Shown here in pieces: positions 18,298 through 30,200 of a stretch of 64,000 nt of DNA (positions within the stretch are counted from its first letter, which is position 1; the number at the start of each line of letters is the position of its first letter). The stretch is taken from the NCBI GenBank assembly GCA_944389585.1, contig CALXMW010000003.1, positions 38,466-102,465 on the forward strand, in the 5' to 3' direction. Below the pieces are notes generated by a model. That model did not search any database. It saw only the letters and a program-made list of their open reading frames with translations, and was not told where the DNA came from. Both the position numbers and the translations under genes were made by a program. This DNA comes from an uncultured Kiritimatiellota bacterium (GTDB lineage: Bacteria > Verrucomicrobiota > Kiritimatiellia > RFP12 > DVOR01).

Positions 18298-18590
18298 GGA
18301 GGCTTGGAGGTTTGGAGGCTTGGAAGTTTGGAGGAGCGGGAACTGTGGGAGCCAGGGAGGAGGCTTGGAGGTTTGGAGGCTTGGGTGGCGCGCCCGAGGC
18401 GCGCCCTGCCCGTTCCAGTGGTCCCAGCCGTCCCAGTTTCCCGCGCGCCCTTGGCGCGCGGGTCTCGCCGGCGGCGGGGGTGTGGTGGTCCCAGCGTGCC
18501 GCGCGCCCCCGGCGCGCGGCCCAACTTCCTCCCGGGCTTCCACAGTCCCCGCTCCTCCAAGCCTCCAAACTTCCAAGCCTCCAAACTTCC
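18298..18590. repeat. MITE-like element: about 37-bp inverted terminal arms made of tandem octamers (GGCTTGGA/GGTTTGGA vs TCCAAGCC/TCCAAACT) flanking a GC-rich hairpin-dense core
   Basis: Left arm GGAGGCTTGGAGGTTTGGAGGCTTGGAAGTTTGGAGG. Right arm CCTCCAAGCCTCCAAACTTCCAAGCCTCCAAACTTCC. The core has three GCGCGCC-type hairpins and GTCCCAG octamers. Sits in the divergent cstA / MBL intergenic region. Confidence 0.6.
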
Positions 18591-18645
18591 GCTCTTGACC
18601 CGGGGGGCCGGGTTTGGGAAAATAAGGCAAGAAAGGAGAGGCGGC

Positions 18646-20052
18646 ATGTATACGATTACCTTTCAGGGGGCGGCGCGCACGACCACCGGCTCGATGCACA
18701 TCGTGGACGTCAACAGCCTGCGCATCCTGCTCGACTGCGGCCTGTACCAGGGCCACCGCAAGGAGGCCTTCGAGCGCAACCGGCGGCTGATGGTGGATCC
18801 CAAGACGGTCGACTGCGTCCTCCTTTCGCACGCGCACATCGACCACAGCGGCAACCTCCCCTCCCTCATCCGCGCCGGCTGGCGCGGCCCCATCCACACC
18901 ACCGAGGCCACGCGCGACCTTTGCGACCCGATGCTCCGCGACTGCGCCTTCATCACCCGCCACGACGTCGAGATCGTCAACCGCCGCCGCGTCGCCGAGG
19001 GCCGCACCCCCTTCGAGCCGCTCTACGGCGACGACGACGTCGAGCGCACCCTCTCGCTCATGCAAGGCTGGCCCTACAAACGCGCCGTCGACCTCGGCAA
19101 CGGGGTGGGGGCCGTCTTCCACAACGCCGGCCACATCCTCGGCTCCGCCCACGTCGAGCTCCTCGCCCGCCAGCCCAACGGCACCTACCGCCGGCTCCTC
19201 TTCTCCGGCGACGTCGGCCAGCCCGGCGCCCCCATCCTCCCCCCGCCAGACCCGCCCGTCGGCGCGGACGTGCTGGTGGTGGAATCCACCTACGCCGACC
19301 GCGAGCACCCCCCCCGCGCCAACGTCGCCGGGCGCCTGCGCGACTACGTCGACGACATCGTCCAGCAGCGCGCCAAGCTCATCATCCCGGCCTTCAGCGT
19401 CGGGCGCACCCAGCAGATCCTCTTCTTCCTCAACGAGCTCCTGCGCCAGAAGAAAATCCCCCAGATCCCCCTCTACGTCGACTCCCCCCTCTCGCTCAAG
19501 GCCACCCAGATCTACGCCCGCCACACCGACTGTTACGGCCAGGCCGCCAGCGACCTCCTGCGCCAAGGCATCGAGCTCTTCCGGATGCCCGGGCTCCAAT
19601 TCCTCGCCACCGCCGAGCAATCCAAGGCCCTCAACAAGGCCGAAGGCCCCATGGTCATCATCGCCGCCAGCGGCATGTGCGAGGGCGGGCGCATCCTCCA
19701 CCACCTCCAAAACGGCGTCGGCGACCCGCGCAACATCATCCTCATCGTCGGCTACCAGGCCGAAGGCACCCTCGGCCGCCGCATCGTCGCCTGCCAAAGC
19801 CCCCTCAAAATCCTCGGCGACACCTTCGAGCTCCGCGCCCGCGTCCACACCATCAACGCCCTCTCCGCCCACGCCGACCGCGTCGCCCTGCGCGACTGGG
19901 TCCGCGCCGTCAACGAAAAGAAGACCGTCAAGAAGGCCTTCGCCGTCCACGGCGAGGACGAAAAGGTCGCCGCCATGTGCCAAATCCTGCGCGAGGAAGG
20001 CTACAAAGACCCCGTCGCCCCCGCCCCCGGCGCCGTCTACAAAGGCCTCTGA
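18646..20052 (+). CDS. MBL-fold metallo-hydrolase of the beta-CASP RNA-metabolising family
   Basis: HAHIDHSG motif, GHILGSA, C-terminal beta-CASP motif SAHAD. GAAAGGAGAGG RBS before ATG 18646. Confidence 0.8.
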   Translation: MYTITFQGAARTTTGSMHIVDVNSLRILLDCGLYQGHRKEAFERNRRLMVDPKTVDCVLLSHAHIDHSGNLPSLIRAGWRGPIHTTEATRDLCDPMLRDCAFITRHDVEIVNRRRVAEGRTPFEPLYGDDDVERTLSLMQGWPYKRAVDLGNGVGAVFHNAGHILGSAHVELLARQPNGTYRRLLFSGDVGQPGAPILPPPDPPVGADVLVVESTYADREHPPRANVAGRLRDYVDDIVQQRAKLIIPAFSVGRTQQILFFLNELLRQKKIPQIPLYVDSPLSLKATQIYARHTDCYGQAASDLLRQGIELFRMPGLQFLATAEQSKALNKAEGPMVIIAASGMCEGGRILHHLQNGVGDPRNIILIVGYQAEGTLGRRIVACQSPLKILGDTFELRARVHTINALSAHADRVALRDWVRAVNEKKTVKKAFAVHGEDEKVAAMCQILREEGYKDPVAPAPGAVYKGL

Positions 20053-20127
20053 GCGCACCCCCGCAAAAAAGGGCTTCCCAAGCGCCCCGCTTTCCTCTAT
20101 ACTAATAGCAACGTACGAGGTTTGCAG

Positions 20128-21255
20128 ATGACACGATTTTCGCGCAAGCGAGGCTTCACGCTGATCGAACTCCTGGTGGTCATCGTGATAATCGGCGTCC
20201 TTGCCGGCACGCTCATGCCGGTGATCGGGCGCGCCCTCGGCTTCGGCGACAACGCCGTGGCCGTCAACAACCTGCGCCTCCTGGGGCAGGCCGCCCTCGC
20301 CTACCGCCAGGAACACGGCGGCTGCTGGCCCAGCGCCGGCGGCGTCTTCACCGAATACACCGTCACCCAAAACAACCGCCGCGAAGACCGCTACGGCCGC
20401 TCCCGCGGCTGGGTCTACTTCGAGCACGACTGCCCCCGCGCCAACGACCCGGCCAAAAACGTCGGCGACGGCAACCACGACAGCTACGGCGTCGGCGAAA
20501 AAGGCGCCGACGACAAGGTCTCCGGCGACTTCGCCAACGAGGCCGGCTGCTGCACCTGCTTCAACACCAAGCAGCGCGAGGGCGGCATCGGCGCCACCCC
20601 CGCCGCCTGGGCCGACAAAAAAACCGGCGGCGCCCTCTCCCAAGGCGAGGTCGCCATCATCAACGGCGCCCTCTACGACTACGTCAACCAAAACCTCGAG
20701 GTCTTCACCAACCCCGGCTTCGAGAAACGCGCCGCCGAGCTCGACCGCGCCGGGCGCGACGCCATCTGCCGCGCCTACGCCATGAACATCGTCGCCAGCG
20801 CCGACGCCGACCTCTACGACAACGACCACTACCGCGACGCCGGCTACGAAAAGGCCTACTGCTGCCCCAACAACGCCGCCGGCCACGGCGCCATCCGCCT
20901 CGGCCCCGCCTCCCTCAAGGCCCGCACCGGCGAAGGCAACAACGAGCGCAAGGCCGTCTCCCCCGCCCAAACCGTCCTCTTCGTCGAGCTCGACCTCGAC
21001 GAGGAAAACGTCAAAAACCAGAACGACCTCGCCGGCGACCAGGTCTGGGACTGGGACGACGGCGACGAACGCATCGGCTTCAACCACTTCGACGGCGGCT
21101 GGATGGCCTACGTCTGCTTCGCCGACGGCCGCGTCGAGACCCTCTACGACCCCTCCGCCGACCCGGACAACCCGGACCTCGGCAAGCGGGAAAAACTCTC
21201 AAAATGGTACGGATCCGGTGGGATAAACCGAAATGGATCGAAAAATGGGGACTGA
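20128..21255 (+). CDS. Prepilin-type N-terminal cleavage/methylation domain protein (pseudopilin-like)
   Basis: MTRFSRKRG|FTLIELLVVIVIIGVLAG is a class-III signal / N-methylation motif. GAGG 7 nt upstream of ATG 20128 (the track start at 20122 is a TTG). Confidence 0.8.
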   Translation: MTRFSRKRGFTLIELLVVIVIIGVLAGTLMPVIGRALGFGDNAVAVNNLRLLGQAALAYRQEHGGCWPSAGGVFTEYTVTQNNRREDRYGRSRGWVYFEHDCPRANDPAKNVGDGNHDSYGVGEKGADDKVSGDFANEAGCCTCFNTKQREGGIGATPAAWADKKTGGALSQGEVAIINGALYDYVNQNLEVFTNPGFEKRAAELDRAGRDAICRAYAMNIVASADADLYDNDHYRDAGYEKAYCCPNNAAGHGAIRLGPASLKARTGEGNNERKAVSPAQTVLFVELDLDEENVKNQNDLAGDQVWDWDDGDERIGFNHFDGGWMAYVCFADGRVETLYDPSADPDNPDLGKREKLSKWYGSGGINRNGSKNGD

Positions 21256-21258
21256 CGC

Positions 21259-24200
21259 ATGATCTCACGCCTCCGATACTGGGCGCTGGCGGCGCTCGCG
21301 GCGGGCCTGCTCGGCGGGCCCGCCGTTCGGGCGCAATCGGCCGCCACGCGGCTCGTCCAGCAAGACCCCGTCCGCTACGCCCTCGCCCTCGAGGAAGACA
21401 CGGCCAACCCCGGCCAGTGGCGCTTCCGCGTCACCGTCTCCATCCCCCGCGAGGGCGCCGACTACGGCATCCCCGTCGCCGCCGTCCCCTCCCGCCTCAT
21501 GTTCCGCGCCCACAAGGGCGACGTCACCGCCTTCGACGGCTCCATCCTCCTCTCCCGCCTGCTCCCCGCGGACGCCGGGCTCCTCTACCCCATGCCGCAG
21601 AGCGGCGACACGCCCGTTACCGACGGCGTCCAGAGCGGCGACGCCGACGCCCTTGCCGACCTCGACGACGGCACCGTGGAGGCCCCCTCCACCGACCCCA
21701 TCCGCTGGGAGGCCGTCTACGTCAGCACCTGGTACAATTCTACCGACAACGCCCTGCTCGCCTCCCTCCTGGATGGCCAGGCCACGCACGAATGGTACGC
21801 CGCCAGCCGATACGGCATCGGCTCCTTCACCCGAATCTCAGACATCCAGGACGCCGGGCGCAAGCAAACCTTCCGCGACGCCCGCCTCTGGGCGGAGGCC
21901 TCCGGGACTTACGACTGGGCCGGCGCGGTCGACGACGCCACCAGGAGCCGCTGGGGCTCCGTCTACGACTGGCAGTCCGTCTCGATGACGGGCGCGCCCT
22001 GGGAAATCCACGGCGGCGTCGTCAACGACAACTCCCGCGGCGTGGGCGGCGTCCAGCTCCTCGGCATCGTCGACAAGGACGCCGGCGCCCTCCCCCGCCT
22101 CGTCTCCCCCGTCTATCCGGATGGCGTCTCCGCCGTCACCTTCAAGGCCTCCCTCGTCTCCCCCCCCCAGGAAGGCGAAGACCCGCAACGCCTCGAGGTC
22201 GAAGTCCTCGACACCTCCTCCGGCGCCGAGAAGTGGACGCCCGTCGACACGGACATCGACCTCTCGGCCACGCACAAGGCCTTCACCGTCAGCCTGGGCG
22301 ACGCCCTCCCCGCCGGCGGCAACGGCCGCTTCCGCATCGTCCGCGCCACCCCCTCGGGCGCCGGTGGCGACCTCCACATGGGCGCCATCACCCTCAGCGA
22401 CCTGCTCGTGCGCTCCGCCGCCCCCACCGCCGACTTCTCCAACCCCGGCTTCACGCCCAACCCCCTCTACCCCCGCGACGGCGCCTGGCAGATCGCCTTC
22501 AAGGCCACGAGCGCCGACGCCCGCGGCTACCGCGCCGAAATCGCCCTCCAGCGCCGCGCCAACGGCGACGACACCGCCCAATGGCACGCCGCCGCCGACG
22601 TCTCCGTGGCCAAACAGGCCGCCGGCAACGCCGCCGACATCGTCGCCACCCTCCGCCCCGGCACCCTCGAGACCTACGCCTCCGGCGCGGTCAACGCCGC
22701 CGAGGGCGCCTTCTTCACCGACGCCTCGGGCGCCGTCACCGGCCTCCTCCCCGGCGTCTACAACCTCCGCCTCACCGCGGACGTCCTCGGCTCCTTCGCC
22801 GCCGGCCGCGAGAACATCGACGAGCACGAGACCGTCCAGGCCCAGCTCTCCACCTACGACGTCATGGTGACCGACGGCGAGGGCAAGGAGACCGTCGAGA
22901 CCCACCCCTTCGTCGTCGACCTGCGCGAGCGCGAGACCGGCCACGCCGGCGTCGTCCTCGAGGCCACCTACCGCGTCGACGGCGAGGGCCGCAACGACTA
23001 CGCCTTCTTCACCCGCGAGGTGGAGCTGCTCCCCTCCGCCGCCGAGCCCAACGTTTGGCGCGCCGACGTCCAGCGCGTCCTGCGCCTGAAGGAAGACGAA
23101 AGCGCCGTCTGGGCCTGGGCCCCCGACAGCCTCGTCGACCAGGCGGGCACCACCACCCAGCAGGGCCAGGAGGAAATCCTCAGCTTCCGCATCCGCGCCA
23201 CCAAGCCCGACGGCACCGTCACCTACTACGGCCAGCGCCGCCAGGTCGCCGACACCCTCCCGCCCACCTCTACCGCCTTCCCGGCCACCACCTCCGCCCT
23301 CGTCTCGGCGGACGCGGCGGACGCGCTCTCGCCCATCGCCGTCCCGCTGGGCATCGCCGCCTCCCACGTCGCCGTCGAGGCCACCCTCGGCGACGCGCCC
23401 ATGCTCGTGCTGCGCGGCTCCTATTGGCAGGACTTCAACGCCTGGTTCGCCGTCTCCGAGGAGGCCGGCGCCGACTTCTCCAACACCGACTTCCGCGAGA
23501 ACGTCTCCTCCGTCACCGCCGGCTTCAACGTCCGCGCCTGGGGCCGCGACACCACCCTCGACGAGCGCACCATCGCCGCCGGCTGGATGCCCGACGAAGG
23601 CCCCTTCGCCCGCGACACCTCCATCACCGACCCCTTCGAGGTCGCCCGCCTCGCCACCGGCGCGCAGACCGCCGACTACGCCTTCCTCTACCGCAACACC
23701 GACGACGCCATCTCCCGCATGTTCGCCCAGTGGGGCGCCTCCCACGAGCCCGCCGAGCCCAAGTACCTGCGCCCCACGGACTACGGCGAGGACGGCCGCT
23801 CGCAATACTTCGCCCTGGAGGGCGGCGCCGAGGTCGTCCTCCGCCGCGCCTATTCCACCCTGGGCGACGGCACCGTGATGCCCGACGCCGCCATTCGCCT
23901 GACGCCCAACGCCTTCATCACGCCCACCTCCGCCGTCAAGCTCAAAGGCGTGGGCACCGTCTCCTTCGACTACGCCCTTTCCATCCCCTACGACTTCTCT
24001 CACCGCGTCTGCCTCGTCCAAGACGCGAACAACCCCGGCACCTTCGGCGGCGCGGGCTTCGGCATCGCCGCCGGCATCCCCGCCAACGTCACTTCCACCT
24101 ACTCCCCCTCCGGCGTCTCCGTCTCGTACTACCTCGAGGACGTCTGGAACAACCGCACCTACGAGCTCCGCCTCACCGAGATCTACCACTTCCCGTCGGG

Positions 24201-27200
24201 CAACGAGGAGACCCTCCCCTCCACCGCCGTCTACGCCGAGCTCTACCGCTGGCAAGGCTCCACTGCCGAACGCCTCCCCTTCGAGCCGCCCACCGGCAGC
24301 GTCGCGCCCTACGCCCTCACCATCGGTTCCGGCGGCCTCGCCGGCCACCGCTACGGTCTCTGGGTGAACGGCGACGGCAAACTCGTCGTCGGCTACAACG
24401 CCTCCGCCACCACCACCGGCTCGCTCACGGCATCGGCGACCTCGCGCGACGAGGTCACCGTGCCGCCCGGCGGCTTCCGCCTGGCGCTGAACAGCGCCGA
24501 GTGCCGCCCAACCTTCCGCTACGTCTCCTACGCCTCCGCCAGGGGCACCGCCCCCACCGCCCCTCTCCTCAGCGGCGTGGCCAAGCAGGAGTACAATGCC
24601 CCCGGCTGGGCGGGCGCGCAGGGCGCGTGGTCGCTCGGCACCGAGAGCGACCGCACCGCCATCACCCTCACCCGCAGGAACCCGCCCCGCGACACCGCCG
24701 GGCGCTTCGTCCTCCGCGTCCAGCCCGACGAGGGCGGCTACACGGACTATCCCTTCTACGCCCAGAGCGGCACGCTGCAGCGGGCCACCTTCACCGTCGG
24801 CCAGGCCAACGCCACCGTCAGTCTCCGCATCGAGGGCGGCGCCTCCGGCGTCTTCATCGACAACGTCACCGTCACCTCCTGGTGCGGCGACGACACCCAG
24901 CGCAACGGCGACAACGTCCCCGACTTTACCGACCTCGGCTTCGAGGAAATCGGCGTCGTCGGCGGCGCGGAGGCGAACGGCTTCGCGGCCGTCGGCGTCT
25001 GGGTCCGCCCCGAGGATGACGCCCAGCTCACCGTCTCCAAGGACGCCTACGAGGGCCAGCAGGTCCTCGTCATGCAGCGCTCGCGCAAAAACTCCAACAA
25101 CGGCCAGTTCGCCGAGGGCCTGAGCGACGGCGGCATGGGCACGCGCTGGGTCACCGGCGCCTCCCTCGCCCTCTACACGCCCCACAGCCGCGGGCGCGGC
25201 TTCGGCTCCGTCTCCTTCCGCTACCGCATCCCGCAGACCGCCGCCGGCGCCGACGGCCCCGCCGTCCGCCTCCTCCTCCAATTCCGCGCGGACAACGGCT
25301 ACAGCAACGACTACCTCGGCAGTTACGCCTACGACCAGCATTGGGTCGACGTCTCCGGGCCCATCCTCCTCTCCGACGTCTCCGGCGGCTGGGCCACCGC
25401 CAGCGTCGTCCCCCGCTACGTCTCGGGCGACCAGGCCGGGCAGGAGCTCGTCGGCGTCTCCGGCACCCTCCGCCTCGTCATGGTCATCCCCGACGAGTAC
25501 CGCAACGACGCCTCCTACGACCCCTGCGTCTGGCTCGACGACGTCACCGTCACCGACAACCGGTCCGGCGTCCTCGCCTCCTGGGCCGCCGGCAACGCCA
25601 AGCTCACCTCGAGCCCCGTCGACCTCCTCTACTGGAAAGACCGCGCCGTCGCCGGCCTCAACGACCAGACCGAGCACACCTTCGCCGAGCGCGCCGGCCT
25701 CACCCAGGCCCTCCACCTCAACGACGCCGTCGTCAACGACCAGGTCGCCGACGCCTACCTCGAATCCCCCAAGCTGGAAAACGGCGCCGGCCGCCTCTCC
25801 TTCGCCGCCCGCCTCGCCTCCGCCAGCCCCACGCCCGTGCGCCTCTACCTCTCGGCCACAGCCTCCGAGGATGACGACCTGGGCGCCGAGGACTTCACCG
25901 TCCTGGCCGCCTTCGACGTCACCAACACCGTCTACCAGGTCTACGACGTCAACCTCACCTCCGCCACTTTCGCCGACCCCGACGACGACACGCAGACGCA
26001 CAAGGCCGAGGACGCCCGGCGCCTCCGCCTCTGGACCGTCCCGCGCAACGCCGTCGGCGCCGCCCCCGGCGGCCACCCCGCCGTCTACGGCCAGGTGCTC
26101 ATCGACCGCCTCGCCATCGACGAGCCCATCAGGCCCTCCCTCCGCATCACCGACGTCGCCTTCTCCAACACCGACGCCCTCGCCTTCGACTCCAAGTCGC
26201 CCCTCTCCCAGCCCGTCTCCGGCGCCACCGCCCTGCACGTCCAGGCCACCATCGGCAGCAAACAGCGCGTCAAGCCCGGCTCCGTCCGCGTCTTCTACTC
26301 CTTCGCCGTCTCCGACGCCGGGGTCGAAGACCTCCGCGCCACCTCCGGCTATTCCTACGTCGACGCCCTCGGCGCCGACAACACCGCCGGCGCCACCCGC
26401 CCCATCTACCGCTTCCCCGGCGAGGCCTCCGCCTGGGGCCTCGACAGCTGGCTCCTCCCCAGCCTCCCCGAGCCCGCGCTCATCGCCGACGACCCCGATG
26501 CCGCCCTCCCCGCCAACACCCTCGAGCTGACGGGCAACGACGACGAGACCCTCTTCACCGGCGACCTCTCGGCGGACTTCCGCGACCTCCTCGTCCTCCC
26601 CCCCAACTCCCTCGTCCGCTACGCCGTCTGGGCCGTCTACCAGGCCGAGAACGAAGACGGCCAGACCGACGCCGAGAACACCGAGTGGTACCGCTCCGTC
26701 ATCGACGCGGGCGACTACACCGAGTTCCCCTGGTACTTCCCCCGCAACCTCAACGACGAGATGCAGGCCCGCAATAACGCCGCCGGCTTCTCCCCCTACT
26801 ACTGGGTCTACTCCTGCCTCCCCGGCGAGGCCTTCATCAACGAGTTCAACCTCACCGACGCCTCCGCCCCCGCCGACGCCACGCTCCACGCCTTCATCGA
26901 GCTCTGCTTCCCCGCCACCCTCGACATCGACGACTGGGCCGTCGCCCACTCCGTCGGCACCGGCAGCATCACCCCCGGCAACGCGCCCGTCCTCATCGAC
27001 CCCGGCGCCGACCAGGCCGACATGAACCCCGAGCCCGGCGTCGTCCCCGCCCGCCGCGGACAAGAGCAATCCTCCAACCGCGCCTTCTACACCGTCGCCA
27101 ACAGCACCGTCGACTTCGACCTCACGTCCGCCAAGAACGCCGGCTGGGTCAAGACCGACCGCAACATCGGCTACACCGGCTCCAACGCCGCCGCCGTCGT

Positions 27201-30200
27201 CTACCTCTACCGCCCCACCGGCGGCGCCGAGCACATCGTCGTCTTCCCCACCGCCGCCGCCTCGAACATCTCCGGCGAGACCCAGCGCGGGTACGTGCAG
27301 AGCACCTACGAAGACCTCCTGGCCCGCACCGCGCCCTTCGGCGGCACCTGGAGCCAGACCTTCCTCGACACCACCTGGGAGGCGGAAATCAGCCAGCACG
27401 GCCTCGGCGACGCCGTCGTCGACACCCTCCCCGACTCCGACCCCACCGGCGTTATCAGCCCCGAGACGACCCCCGCCGCGATGCACGGCCGCCGCTTGGC
27501 CATCGCCGAGACCTTCCAGGCCGACGACGCCGGCGACTACGCCCCCGCCGGCGGCACCACCGCCTACGTCCAGGACAACGACGACCGCAACGCCGGCTAC
27601 GCCAACTCCATCGCCACCGTCGACATGGGCGGCAAATGGGTCACCCGCCGCAACAAAATCAACGAAGCCTCCGTCGCCGACCTCACGCACCTCACCTCCG
27701 GCGACCCCCTCGGCTTCAACCCCACCCAGCAGGCCCGCTCCGACGACGCCGACAAGGACATCCAGGTCACCCCCCGCCAGGTCAACCTCGACCAGTGGCT
27801 CGTCCCCTACACCGGCCTCTCCCGCTGCGCCGTCGTCTCCCGCGTCGAAAGCGGCCTGGGCCGCCACACCCTCGAGATCCTTGACAGCTCCGACCCCAAC
27901 TCCACGGACGTCACCGCCACCCGGCGCGGCGGCGTCGACCGCACCGCCGTCACCTGGACGGTCGGCAACGCCGGCTCGCCCCACGTCCGCCTCGTCTACG
28001 ACGCCCTGCCCTACCACCACCTCGCCTCCGTCAAGCTCCGCTTCCGCGACTCCGTCTCCGGCAACTACCTCGGCGCCGCCGCGCAGGCCGGGCTCCCCGC
28101 CCTCGACGACCAGGTCGGCGTCACCCTCGGCACCCCCGACGCCGACGGCTGGGCCGAGGTCACCCTCTCCGGCACGCCCGCCTCGCTCGCCATCCCCCTC
28201 CAGCTCTACATCACGGGCCAGGCGGATCAGGAAGAGCGCTTCACCGTCGAGGCCATCGCCGCCTTCGCCCCCTCGCAGGACACTGACATGGGGCAGGTCA
28301 TCACCTGCGTAAGGCCTTACGTCGGCGAGCCTTCCGGCGCCGGCAGGCCTGACACGGGCCCTGACGCCGCCGCCCGGCGCAACCAGCCCTGGCGCGGCAG
28401 CGGCTTCGGCTTCGAGGTCGGCTACGCCGCCCCCGCCGGCGCGACGCTCTCCTCCGTCTTCGTCCTCTACCCCGACCCCGACCACGCGGACGAGACCGGC
28501 CTTGACGCCGCCTGGGTCGGCGCGGCCGCCCTCAAGGACTTCAACGACGTGGACGACGGCGCCCTCACCGCCGAGGCCATCGCCGCCGCCCTCAACGCCA
28601 CCGACCCCGACGACCCCGCCTCCGCCCCCGCCGGCGCGAAGGTCGTCCACCTCAACACCTCGGCCGACGGCTGGTTCTACAACGCCTCCGTCGTGCCCAT
28701 CCTCGGCACCGCGTATGGCACGGGCGAGCCCGCCATCCCCTTCGTCGCCTGGGGCGTCTACACCGTCACCTTCCCCACCGACGCCGGCGCGCAATCCGTC
28801 TCCTTCCTCCTGCGCCAGGCCGTGAACGCCGAGACCGCCGCGCCGGCCGCCGACCCCTTCGTCTTCCCCGAGTGGTACAAGCCCCTGGCCCCGCTCGCCG
28901 TTGACCTCCCCTACTTCTACCTCTACGCCACCCCGCCCGAATCCGTCTGGCTCAACGAGGTGAACCTCGTCCAAGGCGCGGGCACCGCCCCCTACGCCGA
29001 GGTCGTCTTCCCCATCCTCCGCCAAGGCATCCTCGACGCCGGCATCCCGCAGGCCTCCCCCGAGGGCTGGAAACTCCGCACCTACACCGCCGCGGGCGCC
29101 CAGGGCACGGAGACCGACCTCGCCGGCACCTCCCTGACGGGATCCGGCTCGGCCTCCTACGCCTACGCCACCGCCGCCATCGACGCGGCCACGGACACCA
29201 CGGCCTACGTGCTCATCCGCCCCTGCGGCGCGGCCGAGGGTGGCGTCTGGACGGGCGTCGACGCCACGGGCGGCACGGCCGTCACGCCTGGCACCCTCGA
29301 TCTCATCAACGTCTTCCCCGGCGTCACCGATTCCAGCACCGAGGCCGGTTCCGTCCAGCTCGTCGGCCAGCTCGTCTACAACGACGGCGCCACCATCGGC
29401 ACCATCTCCTCCGAGGCCTCCATGCGCACCCAGTGGGCCTTCGCCCCTGAGAGCCGCGCCACGGACAACGAGGGCATCCGCCCCGACTTGGATCCCGACT
29501 GGAACAAGGTCACCTTCCTCAACGTCATCCGCAACGCCACCTACGGCTCCGGCGCCTGCGGCACCTGGCGCGAAGGCTACTTCGAGAGCGAGACCGCCGT
29601 CGGGCAATCCGCCTCCGGCGCCGTCTCCAAGGCCGGCCCCAGCTGGGTCTACGACCCCCTCTCGAGCAGCCTCCAGAACGTCTTCTCCTACCGCCCCCGC
29701 ACGGGCTACTGCTTCGAGTCCATCCAGCTGCCGCCCGAGCTCATTGGTCACGTCATGCTCGTGGGCCAGGCGGGCGGCGCCCTCACCCCCGCCGAAGTCC
29801 AGACGGCCTACACGCGCAACATCGAGGCCTACGACGCCGCCGTGACCGATGACGACAAGGCCGCCGTCGCCCGCTCCACCTGGCTCAACCTTGACGGCCG
29901 CGCCACCGTCGACGCCGCCACCGGCCTCATCACCTTCGACCGCGACTACGTCGCCAACGGCGACACCACCGGCGAGACCTTCGCCGACCAGGACGACTTC
30001 GTCATCACCCTCCTCTTCGTCGACGAGCCCGCCTCCGCCCAGGGCACCCTCACCGTCTCCTTCGCCCAGGGCGAGACCGGCGCCGGCGCCTGGCTCTCCA
30101 CCCAGACCTTCTACGCCCTCGACGGCAACGGCGACCCCGTCGAAGACAAGGGCGGCGAGGCCGTCGCCAAACCCATCTGGGACGACGCGGAAGGCAACGC

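Noticed and set aside
18238-21087. Upstream two-thirds of the 1437-aa minus-strand ORF 16774..21087
   Set aside because: Only the 3' 487 codons (cstA, starting at ATG 18237) are real. The remainder is antisense to the beta-CASP and pseudopilin genes and crosses the MITE-like element.
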